Shown here in pieces: positions 31,067 through 42,163 of a stretch of DNA of 64,000 bases; the stretch's first letter is position 1; every line of letters starts with the position of its first letter. Below the pieces are notes generated by a model. It was given only the letters and a program-made list of their open reading frames with translations. It made no database searches and was not told the DNA's origin. A program made the position numbers and the translations under genes. Origin of the DNA: Gammaproteobacteria bacterium (GTDB lineage Bacteria; Pseudomonadota; Gammaproteobacteria; GCA-001735895); NCBI GenBank assembly GCA_029862005.1, contig JAOTYD010000006.1, forward strand, positions 5,758 through 69,757. Reading direction: 5' to 3'.

Positions 31067-32005
31067 TCAGGGCCTGGCCATATCCTCGCCTTCCTTATCC
31101 GGCAATAGCAGGTCGCCGCGGCTGATACCAAGCGCCAGCGCCGAGGTCGTGGCAACGTAGATCGAGGAATAGGTCCCGACCAGCACCCCGATGATCAGGG
31201 CCATGGCAAAGGCGTGTATCGCCTCGCCGCCCAGGAAGAACAGGGATAACAGCACCAGCAAGGTTGTAAACGAGGTCATCAAGGTGCGCGAAATGGTCTG
31301 GTTGATGGACGTGTTGACGATTTCGATCGAAGTCCGCTTACGAATCTTACGAAAATTCTCGCGCACCCGATCGAAAACGACGATCGTATCGTTGAGCGAA
31401 TATCCGATCACCGCTAGCAGTGCCGCCAGCACGCTCAGGTCAAAATCGAGCTGTAATACCGAGAAGATACCCAGGGTAATTAACACGTCGTGCACCAATG
31501 CAGCCACCGCGCCGAGCGAAAATCGATATTCGAAGCGCAGCGCGACATAGATCAAAATTGCGATTAGTGCGTAAAGCACTGCCAGTCCGCCGTCCTCAGT
31601 GAGTTCTTCACCGACCTGTGGCCCGACAAAATCGACTCGTCGCACGTCGATCGGGGTATCACTGGCGGCCTGCAGCAGACCGATGACCTGCGAGCTAATT
31701 TCGGCTTTATCCTTTGCCACATCGGGCACCAGTCGAATCAGGACTTCCTGTGCACTGCCAAAATGCTGCACGATCGCGTCGCCGAAGCCCCCGGTCTCGA
31801 GCGCATTGCGGATCGGCTCGAGTTCGACTGCCTGCTGGTAACCCACTTCGATAATACTGCCGCCCGTGAAATCGATGCCCACGTTTAACTTGAACGTAAA
31901 CAGGCTGATTATCGAAATCAGCAACAACGTGATCGAAACGATCATCGCTGGTTTGCGCAGAGACATGAAATCGAAATTGTTGAATAGTGTCTTGGCCATG
32001 ATCAA
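31067..32005 (-). CDS. secF: Protein translocase subunit SecF
   Basis: GIDFTGG; VGPQVGEEL; GYSLNDTIVVFDRVREN. Confidence 0.97.
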   Translation of the reverse strand: MIMAKTLFNNFDFMSLRKPAMIVSITLLLISIISLFTFKLNVGIDFTGGSIIEVGYQQAVELEPIRNALETGGFGDAIVQHFGSAQEVLIRLVPDVAKDKAEISSQVIGLLQAASDTPIDVRRVDFVGPQVGEELTEDGGLAVLYALIAILIYVALRFEYRFSLGAVAALVHDVLITLGIFSVLQLDFDLSVLAALLAVIGYSLNDTIVVFDRVRENFRKIRKRTSIEIVNTSINQTISRTLMTSFTTLLVLLSLFFLGGEAIHAFAMALIIGVLVGTYSSIYVATTSALALGISRGDLLLPDKEGEDMARP

Positions 32006-33870
32006 ATCGCCAGCCGGGTGACCTGTTTACTACCGTAAATCAGGTTGATCAATGCACGCGTGCCGAAAATTGCGGTAAACATCGAAGATGCAATTCCGAT
32101 CATAAGCGTCACCGCAAATCCCTGGATCGGCCCGGTGCCGAAACCAAACAAAACTATCGCCGCGATAAAAGTCGTTATGTTGGCGTCGGCTATGGTCCCG
32201 AAAGCCTTCTCATAGCCAACGTAGATCGCAGCCTGGGGCGTATTACCCAGGCGGATCTCTTCTCGAATTCTTTCGAAAATCAATACGTTAGCATCAACCG
32301 CCATACCCACGGTCAGTACGATCCCGGCTATTCCGGGCAGCGTCAGAGTTGCCTGGAATATCGACAATATCGCCACCATCAATACCAGGTTAAGGCTCAG
32401 CGCGACATCGGCAACCAGCCCGAACACCTTGTAATACACGCCCATGAATATCAGTACCAACGTAAAGCCCACGACTACCGACAGGAACCCGCGATCAATA
32501 TTTTCCTGTCCCAGGCTCGGCCCTACCGTCCGTTCTTCGACGATTACCATGGGCGCCCGCAGTGCGCCGGCACGCAGCAGCAGCGCCAGGTCACGAGCTT
32601 CACGGGTACTGTCGAGCCCGGTGATATGGAAACGTTTACTGAGCTGGTCGCGGATCGTGGCAACATTGATAACCTGGGAATCAGTGGTCCTGAAGCGTTG
32701 TCTTTCACCGTCGACATCGCGGAATTCAAACTTATCCTCGATGAATACCACCGCCATGGGTTTACCGATATTGTCGCGCGTAACCTTGGCCATGCGATCG
32801 GCACCCTTGGCATTCATGGTGATCGTGACGTCCGGCGTACCGCTCTGCTGATCGATACCCGATGCCGCGCCGACTATCTGGTCCCCGGTGACGATGACGG
32901 AGCGTTTCAGCAATACCGGGGAACCATCGCTCTGGGTATAAAGCCGGGTTCCGATCGGGGCCTTGCCATTGGCCTGGGCTGCACTCCATTCGGCAAAACT
33001 GCCGTGCACGAGTCGAAATTCGAGGGTCGCGGTGGCGCCGAGGATTTCCTTGGCCCTGACGGTATCCTGTACTCCGGGTAGCTGGACCACGACACGTTCC
33101 GCGCCCTGCCGTTGTATTACCGGCTCGGCAACACCAAGCTCGTTAACCCGGTTCTTGAGGGTCGATATATTCTGCTCGATGGCAGCCCGCCTCTCCTCGT
33201 CGAGCGCGGTTGGGTTAAAACCGATGTCGATAAACCAGCTGCGGTCATCGTTGCTGTCGACAAAAACGAAGTCGCGATACTCGTCCTCCAGCAGCAATCG
33301 TGCCGCGTCACGATTTTCCTGGTCGGAAAAACGGACGCTTATTTTTTGCGGGCTGGCCTGTACCCCTTTGTAGCGTATCTTTTCTTCACGCATAAAGCTG
33401 CGCAGTTCGTCTCCCGCGCGTTGGAGTGATTTCTCGATCGCGGATTCCATGTCGACTTCCATCAGGAAATGCACGCCACCTCGCAAATCGAGCCCGAGGT
33501 ACATCGGTAACGCATTTAGCGCAGTGAGCCAGTCTGGTGTGGCGGGTGCCAGGTTGAGGGCGATACTATAGCGCCGATCACTGGCATAGAGTGCGTCACG
33601 CACTTGCGACGCTGCCCTGAGTTGTGCTTCCTCGGTGTCGAAGCGAACCAGGATATTGTTGCCATCAAGCTCGATCGATCGATAACCGATAGATTCAGAA
33701 TCAAGCAGGCTCTTGATATTGTTTAATTCACCTTTATCGACGAGGTTCACCCGGTGGCTAATCTGCAGCGCAGGGTCCTCACCGTAGAGATTGGGTGTGG
33801 CGTAGACGGCCCCAATCACAATAATCAGGATCAGGAGAATGTATCTCCATGGAGCATAACGATTGACCAT
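32002..33870 (-). CDS. secD: Protein translocase subunit SecD
   Basis: LGLDLRGGVHF; RVNELGVAEP; GMAVDANVLIFERIREE. Confidence 0.97.
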   Translation of the reverse strand: MVNRYAPWRYILLILIIVIGAVYATPNLYGEDPALQISHRVNLVDKGELNNIKSLLDSESIGYRSIELDGNNILVRFDTEEAQLRAASQVRDALYASDRRYSIALNLAPATPDWLTALNALPMYLGLDLRGGVHFLMEVDMESAIEKSLQRAGDELRSFMREEKIRYKGVQASPQKISVRFSDQENRDAARLLLEDEYRDFVFVDSNDDRSWFIDIGFNPTALDEERRAAIEQNISTLKNRVNELGVAEPVIQRQGAERVVVQLPGVQDTVRAKEILGATATLEFRLVHGSFAEWSAAQANGKAPIGTRLYTQSDGSPVLLKRSVIVTGDQIVGAASGIDQQSGTPDVTITMNAKGADRMAKVTRDNIGKPMAVVFIEDKFEFRDVDGERQRFRTTDSQVINVATIRDQLSKRFHITGLDSTREARDLALLLRAGALRAPMVIVEERTVGPSLGQENIDRGFLSVVVGFTLVLIFMGVYYKVFGLVADVALSLNLVLMVAILSIFQATLTLPGIAGIVLTVGMAVDANVLIFERIREEIRLGNTPQAAIYVGYEKAFGTIADANITTFIAAIVLFGFGTGPIQGFAVTLMIGIASSMFTAIFGTRALINLIYGSKQVTRLAI

Positions 33871-33875
33871 CGTAA

Positions 33876-34205
33876 TTACAGGTTCTTGATCGTGCCCTTG
33901 GGCAATACCGAGGTGATCGCATGGCGCTGGACTTTGACCTCGACGTTATCCGAAATTTTACAGGTCAGAAAATTTTCGTCGACATCAGTAATCTTCGCTA
34001 AAAGCCCGCCATTGGTAATGACTTCGTCACCCTTACCGAGCGCCTCGACCATCGTCTTGTGCTCCTTGGCTTTTTTCTGCTGGGGACGTATTAACAGGAA
34101 GTAGAAAATACCGAACATCAGCAGTAACGGCAGAATCAATTCCAGCGCGCCTCCCGATTGCCCACCGGCACCTTGCGCCATCGCATCACTTATAAAGAAA
34201 CTCAT
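33876..34205 (-). CDS. yajC: Preprotein translocase subunit YajC
   Basis: FYFLLIRPQQKKAKEH; LPKGTIK. Confidence 0.96.
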   Translation of the reverse strand: MSFFISDAMAQGAGGQSGGALELILPLLLMFGIFYFLLIRPQQKKAKEHKTMVEALGKGDEVITNGGLLAKITDVDENFLTCKISDNVEVKVQRHAITSVLPKGTIKNL

Positions 34206-34314
34206 CTTTAGATCTACCTTTGGTTTGCTATCTTGTGGCCCGGGCCCTACCCGGAGCGGCGCGTATTATGGCACTAGCACGCATATCCCACAAGGCGGAA
34301 ACGGCAATTTGGGT

Positions 34315-36455
<2,141 letters not shown>

Positions 36456-36535
36456 GACCAGGGTGCCGAAAAACGGCGTATCATACCGCTTAGGCTACCA
36501 CTTGGATATGTTTTGAATTAGAATGCGCGCTCGCT

Positions 36536-36622
36536 GCCGGGGTGGCGGAACTGGTAGACGCGGCGGATTCAAAATCCGCTGGTGGTAACACCTTGGGGGT
36601 TCGAGTCCCCCCCCCGGTACCA
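36536..36622 (+). tRNA. tRNA-Leu (anticodon CAA)
   Basis: GCCGGGG acceptor stem; anticodon arm GCGGA-TTCAAAA-TCCGC; long variable arm; GGTTCGAGTCC T-arm; encoded CCA. Confidence 0.96.
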
Positions 36623-36725
36623 TAGCTATATCCACGATTCTTACGTATTGACGCCGTAGTCCATAACTCCCCTTTTTCTGCTTTAGTCCTTACAGGGACG
36701 GCTTGACCTGGCAATAAAAGTCTTA

Positions 36726-36935
36726 TCAGAAAGAATATTCTGAACTGGACAGGGTGTTATATGGCTCTGCCGAGAATACAGCCAGAAATATATCAATCGG
36801 GTCATGATCGGTTCCTGCTGTTCTACCCTGGGAGTAGCGGAAGAAGGAATAGATGAGCGCCGTGCCGAATAGCCAGAGGGCTACCTGGATCGAGACGACG
36901 GAAACTAGATCAGCCTGTAAGATTGAATTAAACAT
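36726..36935 (-). CDS. Small hypothetical membrane protein (doubtful)
   Basis: 69-aa ORF with one hydrophobic stretch; no family recognised. Confidence 0.3.
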   Translation of the reverse strand: MFNSILQADLVSVVSIQVALWLFGTALIYSFFRYSQGRTAGTDHDPIDIFLAVFSAEPYNTLSSSEYSF

Positions 36936-37133
36936 GGGCCGGCTAGGTTATATCAAGCACTGATAAGTAACAGCGACATATTTCACAAATTATTAATTAC
37001 ATGAGGTTTACACCATAACCAATTGTAAATAATGATTTTTAGCGGGTGTACGAAGCCTGAGCCAAACTCGTGGCATTTAGCAAATATAAAAAGCGCCGCA
37101 CATTCGCGGGGCTTCTATTAATCTCCCGATAAA

Positions 37134-37254
37134 AGGCAGGATGCTTTTCCTCAAAGCGGGCGTTGCAAATGATTTTGGTGCGTCTGAGAACGGCCAACAG
37201 CAGACTCTCAATTTTTCAGGCATCTGCTATTCAACGCCATATAACAGACTCTCG
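37134..37254 (+). repeat. Cassette-spacer element E1 (subunits B and C, plus an extra C-like unit)
   Basis: B: gatgcttttcctcaaagcgggcgtt; C: gtctgagaacggccaacagcagactctca (CGGCCA at 37191); extra unit caacgccatataacagactctcg. Confidence 0.65.
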
Positions 37255-37348
37255 ATTATCGAATTGCTTTCTTGACAGAAAACTAATACCCGATTTCCGA
37301 CTTGTGCATACGTCCAAGGAAACGGTTCAGTATAGTCGGTTTTGTAGC

Positions 37349-37375
37349 TCACATTTTGAATTAACCTGCCGATAA
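37349..37375 (+). promoter_or_regulatory. Candidate sigma28 promoter of the HD-GYP gene
   Basis: TCAC-N15-GCCGATAA: perfect -10, imperfect -35. Confidence 0.55.
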
Positions 37376-37421
37376 AGAATCATGCAGGAGGCTCACATCG
37401 TGCTTTTGGTAGGGGAATATC

Positions 37422-38654
37422 ATGTCACTACAACAGGTTAAGATTCAAACAACAGATCTTCAAGAGGGAATGTACGTCACACAGTTGGATCGCCCATGGT
37501 TGGAAACTCCCTACAAAGTTCAGGGGTTTTTGGTTAAAAACCAAAAAGATATAGATAAACTGTTACAACACACTGAATATGTATTTATCGACACGGAACG
37601 AAGCCGGGAAAAACACAATGGATCAGCACAGCCTAGTCGATTACTGACTGAAGAAGAGAAAAAAGAATTTCTCATCGAAAGCAAACCGAGATATTACGAA
37701 GACAAGACCGATTTTAAAAAGGAATTGCCAGTTGCGCATGATAACCACGCGACTTTAAGTGCCACCGCTGAAAACGTCATGGCCGACATTGCCAATAACA
37801 AAAAACTCAACTTGCCGATTTTGAGAAAAGCGGTTAATCCAATGGTGGAAAGTGTGATTCGAAATCCTGAGGCTTTTTCGTGGCTTACCAGAATGAAATC
37901 AAAGGACGACTATACCTATAACCATTCTGTCAGCACTGCAATTTGGTCCGTGGCACTGGGCCGGCAACTTGGATTGCCGAAGCGTGATCTGCAATCTCTT
38001 GGTATGGGCGCATTATTATTCGACGTCGGAAAAATGAAGTTACCCGAAAAACTGATAAACAATCCCAATCGGTTCAACCAGGTAGAATTCAATTTGATAA
38101 AAAAACATGTTGAGTACAGCGTCGACATAGTCCAGTCGATCCCAGGTATCAACGATAACGTTGTTGAAATGGTCGTTACCCACCACGAACGCCATAATGG
38201 CGGGGGTTATCCCGGGGGCTTAAAAGGTAACAAGATTCCTCTATTTGGCAAGATAGCTGGCATCACCGATTGCTATGATGCTCTCACATCGGACCGTGTG
38301 TTTCAGTCCGCAACATCACCCCATGATGCCGTTAGAAAACTGTACGATTGGAGTAATATCGATTTTCAGGCTGAAATCGTTGAACAGTTTATTCAACTGG
38401 TGGGAGTGTATCCGGTTGGCACTATTGTTGAGCTCAGCGATGAGCGCATTGGGATAGTGGTAGCTAACCACCGAGCATTACGCTTGAGGCCCAAAGTAAT
38501 GCTCATTCTCGACAAAGACAAAGAACCATATCCCAAATTCAATGTGATCGACTTGCACTCCATTGAAACCGGAGAGGATGGAAACCCACTGAATATTCTG
38601 AAAAGTATTGATCCTGGTTTGTATGGGATTGATCCTCGAGAATTTTATCTGTAA
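37422..38654 (+). CDS. DUF3391-type HD-GYP domain protein (HD replaced by FD)
   Basis: GMYVTQLDRPWLETP N-terminus; DDYTYNHSV; LLFDVGK; HHERHNGGGYPGGL. Confidence 0.9.
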   Translation: MSLQQVKIQTTDLQEGMYVTQLDRPWLETPYKVQGFLVKNQKDIDKLLQHTEYVFIDTERSREKHNGSAQPSRLLTEEEKKEFLIESKPRYYEDKTDFKKELPVAHDNHATLSATAENVMADIANNKKLNLPILRKAVNPMVESVIRNPEAFSWLTRMKSKDDYTYNHSVSTAIWSVALGRQLGLPKRDLQSLGMGALLFDVGKMKLPEKLINNPNRFNQVEFNLIKKHVEYSVDIVQSIPGINDNVVEMVVTHHERHNGGGYPGGLKGNKIPLFGKIAGITDCYDALTSDRVFQSATSPHDAVRKLYDWSNIDFQAEIVEQFIQLVGVYPVGTIVELSDERIGIVVANHRALRLRPKVMLILDKDKEPYPKFNVIDLHSIETGEDGNPLNILKSIDPGLYGIDPREFYL

Positions 38655-38662
38655 TCAAGATA

Positions 38663-39967
38663 ATGCCTGAATTTCCCGACAATATTGGTGGCAGAGAGTC
38701 GCTAATTACACAACTGGATGGATTTGTCACAAATCACAAAGCCCAATCAAAGTGCTTTGCACTGTTACTGATCAATATTAAAAATTTTCGACGTTTCAAT
38801 ATGAAGTATGGGTATATGGTAGCGGACCTGGTACTTAGCGAATTTGCTGCCTGTTTGGCAGATTTAACGCGCTCTCAGGATTACGTTGCTCGAGTCGGAA
38901 ATGCCGAGTTCGCTTTGCTATTACCCGCGGTCTTAAATGAAGGCCACGCTAGTCTTGCTGCGATAAAAATTATTGAAAAGCTAAAAGAACCGTTAATGGT
39001 CGGAGAAGATGAGTTTCAGATTCGTGCCGATATTGGGATCGCCCTTTATCCCCAGCATGCTGATGATAGTCAAATGCTTTTCGGTAATGCGGAGTTGGCA
39101 TTGAATGATGCGGGCAATTGTTCAGAGTCCTACGCCATCTATTCGGACGAAGATAACACGATCACTACCTTTGACTGGGATATCGAAGCCGATTTACAAA
39201 AAGCAATTGAAAAAGATCAATTCGAACTTTTTTTCCAGCCCCAAGTATATTTGAGTAACGGGCAGCTTTATGGTGCCGAGGCACTAATACGTTGGAAAAA
39301 CGGGAGTAAAGGATTTATTCGACCCGACCTATTTATACCGGTGGCGGAAAAAAGCGGGCAAATTAACGAGATAACAAAGTGGACCTTGAATGCAGCGTTA
39401 TGGTTTCGTAAATCCTGGTCTAAGGAAATGGATTCGTTAAGTTTAGCGGTCAATATTTCGACAAATATGCTCAGCGACCCCGATTTTGCTGACATGGTAC
39501 GTGGAGCAGTTAGTATTTACGCGGTTGAGTACGAACAATTGACCTTAGAGATCACAGAAAGTGCGCTGGTTGAAGATATGTCTTCCAGTTTCGACACACT
39601 GAATGAACTGAAAGCACTAGGGATCAATATTTCAATAGACGATTTCGGAACAGGATATTCATCGATGGCATATTTCAAAAACATTCCAGCCGACGAATTG
39701 AAAATTGATCAAACATTCATTCGATACATGCTGGAAAACTCAATGGATCAGCATATCGTGCAGACAATTATTCAGATGGCCAAAGGATTTGATCTTACGG
39801 TTGTCGCGGAAGGCATAGAAGATCAGAAAACCTTTGATATGTTATGTGATCTGGAGTGCGACATCGCGCAGGGATATCATCTCGCGAAACCCATGCCGGG
39901 TGATAGTTTCATAGAGTGGATCGATTGCTATACCGCTAACAGGCAAACCGTCGGCAAGCTCAGCTAG
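38663..39967 (+). CDS. Degenerate GGDEF plus EAL c-di-GMP phosphodiesterase
   Basis: RVGNAEF in place of GGDEF; AEALIRW, LEITES, DDFGTGYSS, ELKID, VVAEGIE, QGY. Confidence 0.92.
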   Translation: MPEFPDNIGGRESLITQLDGFVTNHKAQSKCFALLLINIKNFRRFNMKYGYMVADLVLSEFAACLADLTRSQDYVARVGNAEFALLLPAVLNEGHASLAAIKIIEKLKEPLMVGEDEFQIRADIGIALYPQHADDSQMLFGNAELALNDAGNCSESYAIYSDEDNTITTFDWDIEADLQKAIEKDQFELFFQPQVYLSNGQLYGAEALIRWKNGSKGFIRPDLFIPVAEKSGQINEITKWTLNAALWFRKSWSKEMDSLSLAVNISTNMLSDPDFADMVRGAVSIYAVEYEQLTLEITESALVEDMSSSFDTLNELKALGINISIDDFGTGYSSMAYFKNIPADELKIDQTFIRYMLENSMDQHIVQTIIQMAKGFDLTVVAEGIEDQKTFDMLCDLECDIAQGYHLAKPMPGDSFIEWIDCYTANRQTVGKLS

Positions 39968-40048
39968 GGATCGACACTGTTGAGACGATATCAACCAAGG
40001 TAGGTAAGTGTGCGATCCAGCTTTTGATCAGATAATTTTTTGAATCGA

Positions 40049-40166
40049 GGTTTTGCTTCGGGTCGGTTATTGTCGCTGATATATTGAGTCTGAGGGGCAG
40101 CTTTCTCCAAATCCGACGCTGAAATGTGTGGCCCGAGCTTCTGAGTTCGGCCACAAGCGGACCCTT
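40049..40166 (+). repeat. Cassette-spacer element E2 (A+B+C)
   Basis: A ggttttgcttcGGGTCGgttattgtcgctga; B tgaggggcagCTTTCtccaaatccgacgctga; C gagttCGGCCAcaagcggaccct. Confidence 0.85.
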
Positions 40167-40230
40167 GTCACTTCGCATTATGGCTGAGGTATAATGGTTA
40201 CAAGTTTCATTGTTTCTCGAGGATACTGCC

Positions 40231-40647
40231 ATGAATTTTCTAAACCGAATTAATAATTCCAGCAAGTTTCTGGATGGGTATAAGGAATACAGCTACGCGT
40301 TGCTGCGGATCGTAACCGGCTACCTGTTTATATGGCATGGTACGCAAAAGCTACTGGATTTCCCCGCAGCATACCCTTGGGGAGAACCGGATCTGTTGAC
40401 GACGGTAGGCGGTGGTATCGAGATAATTGGTGGCGCACTAATATTGGTTGGCTTCTTTACTCGACCCGCCGCGTTTATCTGCAGTGGCCAAATGGCAGTC
40501 GCTTATTGGATGTTCCATGCGCCGCAGGCTAATCCAGTTTTTCCGATATTAAATGGTGGTGATTTGGCAATAATGTATTCGTTCGTTTTTCTATATATCG
40601 CATGCCGGGGTGCAGGCTGCTGGAGCATCGATTCAGCCCGTTCTTAG
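40231..40647 (+). CDS. DoxX-family membrane protein (start at ATG 40231)
   Basis: LLRIVTGYLFIWHGTQKL; GFFTRPAAFICSGQMAVAY; GAGCWSID. Confidence 0.9.
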   Translation: MNFLNRINNSSKFLDGYKEYSYALLRIVTGYLFIWHGTQKLLDFPAAYPWGEPDLLTTVGGGIEIIGGALILVGFFTRPAAFICSGQMAVAYWMFHAPQANPVFPILNGGDLAIMYSFVFLYIACRGAGCWSIDSARS

Positions 40648-40670
40648 GATACGGATTAGGTCCCAAAGCC

Positions 40671-40747
40671 TGAGCATCTGTTTTCTTGAAAGCAAACCCT
40701 CAAAAAGCTCAGGTGGGAGGCAATCTTCGGCCAGGAACCGACACTCG
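40671..40747 (+). repeat. Cassette-spacer element E3 (B+C)
   Basis: B tgagcatctgttttcttgaaagcaaaccctca; C caatcttCGGCCAggaaccgacactcg; 47-nt B-C offset. Confidence 0.8.
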
Positions 40748-40773
40748 TTTGGATCGGTTAGGACATCCTGAAC

Positions 40774-40902
40774 TGTCGGCATTCTTTACAGACCTCCGAA
40801 AGTTGTAAAAGTTTTTTACAATTATATGGTATGTGGAAATAGAATTTTTTATGGGAAGTTATAATAATCAACGACTTATATTTTTTTGGCACGATACATG
40901 CG
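40774..40902 (+). promoter_or_regulatory. Enhancer pair, IHF site and sigma54 promoter of the PEP-CTERM gene
   Basis: TGTCGGCATTCTTTACA (40774-40790); TGTAAAAGTTTTTTACA (40804-40820); AATCAACGACTTA (40866-40878); TGGCACGATACATGCG (40887-40902). Confidence 0.85.
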
Positions 40903-40976
40903 TTTGTATAGTATTGTATAACGTTTGTAGCTAAACGTTATATCTTGTAGAAAGCTAAAATTAAGAGATCTAATCC

Positions 40977-41585
40977 ATGAAAATATTTCGCAACAAACAG
41001 AAAAAACATCGGGCATCGCCTTCCGGGTGGAAACGATTACTGGTGGTACCTATTTTTTTGACGATGTCGGCATCGCTTCCGAATTTAGCGAATGCGATGG
41101 CTATTACTGGCTTTGGTGGGCAAATATTTGGAACGGGTGGAAACGTTGTTGTTGACATCTTGCCTGCAAGTTCTGGATACACCAACGATATCAACCTTTA
41201 TTTCGCATATCCGGACCTGTCCATTGCAACGTTCATCGGTATCGACAATAATCTGGCATCCGTCGATCTGGGGTCGTTCGCCCTCGGTACCGAACTTGTT
41301 TTCGGGATCGTTAATGATCCAGGTGATATTTTCGTGATGGGCGATGCCTCGCGTAACCCAGACAATTTAATTCACGCAAATGTATTCAACACTGTAACTG
41401 GCGCTGGTTTTGTAGAATCATGGATTGTTGGTTTTGAAGATCTCCTCGGTGGTGGTGACAATGATTTCAACGACGCCTTTATTCGGGTGAACCTAGCAGC
41501 TGCTGTTCCCGAACCATCAGTTATCGCTTTATTTGCAGCGGGTCTCCTTGGTTTAGGTTTCGCTCGCCGGAGAATGCGTAGCTAA
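40977..41585 (+). CDS. PEP-CTERM exosortase-sorted surface protein with a DUF4114-like domain
   Basis: Signal-like N-terminus; GFEDLLGGGDNDFND; VPEPS, TM segment and RRRMRS tail. Confidence 0.92.
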   Translation: MKIFRNKQKKHRASPSGWKRLLVVPIFLTMSASLPNLANAMAITGFGGQIFGTGGNVVVDILPASSGYTNDINLYFAYPDLSIATFIGIDNNLASVDLGSFALGTELVFGIVNDPGDIFVMGDASRNPDNLIHANVFNTVTGAGFVESWIVGFEDLLGGGDNDFNDAFIRVNLAAAVPEPSVIALFAAGLLGLGFARRRMRS

Positions 41586-41608
41586 TTAAAAATAAAGCGT
41601 TACCGAAT

Positions 41609-41637
41609 AAGCCATCTCAATTGAGGTGGCTTTTTTA
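41609..41637 (+). terminator. Rho-independent terminator after the PEP-CTERM gene
   Basis: AAGCCATCTC-AATT-GAGGTGGCTT followed by a T run. Confidence 0.85.
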
Positions 41638-41640
41638 TGG

Positions 41641-41759
41641 GGGTCCGTTTAGGGTCGGTCTCTGCCGCTGAGTTTTAGGATTTCAGAGTCTGCTTTCCTG
41701 TAAGCTGACACTCAAAGTCAGAGCTTCAGCGACGTTCTTCGGCCAGGAAGAGACGCTCA
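41641..41759 (+). repeat. Cassette-spacer element E4 (A+B+C)
   Basis: A gggtccgtttaGGGTCGgtctctgccgctga; B gagtctgCTTTCctgtaagctgacactca; C gacgttcttCGGCCAggaagagacgctca. Confidence 0.85.
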
Positions 41760-41762
41760 GCA

Positions 41763-41884
41763 ATGAAAAAATTGGATCGGTCGAAGAGGTTACCGGTGCG
41801 ATATTGTATTTGGCTTCCTCGGACTCAGGCTTCACCACAAGGATTGCTTTACCGATGGACGGTGGTGCGACAGCAGGGGGCTAA
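41763..41884 (+). pseudogene. 3' remnant of a short-chain dehydrogenase/reductase gene
   Basis: Frame from 41771 reads IGSVEEVTGAILYLASSDSGFTTRIALPMDGGATAGG*, matching the SDR C-terminal pattern (G..EEVA..LYLAS..S.F.TG..L.VDGG). Confidence 0.8.
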
Positions 41885-41894
41885 GAGTTTGGTG

Positions 41895-42011
41895 CGTCTC
41901 ATAGCTGGGGCGTGCAGCCAGACAATTTCACTTATCACAATTTCAATCGCTCAATAACAGACGCTCGTTAAGCTCAGTTAAACTTCGACAATCGGCCACA
42001 TTCGGAGCTTT
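41895..42011 (+). repeat. Cassette-spacer element E5 (degenerate A, B right arm, C)
   Basis: A-like gtctcatagctGGGGCGtgcagccagac; B right arm taacagacgctcg at 41955; C caatCGGCCAcattcggagct. Confidence 0.6.
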
Positions 42012-42163
42012 CTATTTTCCGGGATGCCTGTGTCTCGCTGTGATAGAATGCATTCGGACTGTAAAAGCACCTGGTAGGTGCGCAGTTTCTACATCAATAC
42101 TGCATTGATGGACATTCATAAATACGGGTGTTTCCACACCCTACAAAAATTGAGGAGCTAAAT

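Noticed and set aside
37163-37375. 70-aa ORF, and likewise 39960-40265, 43223-43456, 44587-44898 and 46911-47096
   Set aside because: These overlap elements, promoters or real genes and have no recognisable protein features.
41763-41957. 64-aa ORF MKKLDRSK from the ORF track
   Set aside because: It is a wrong-frame read-through of the SDR remnant into element E5.
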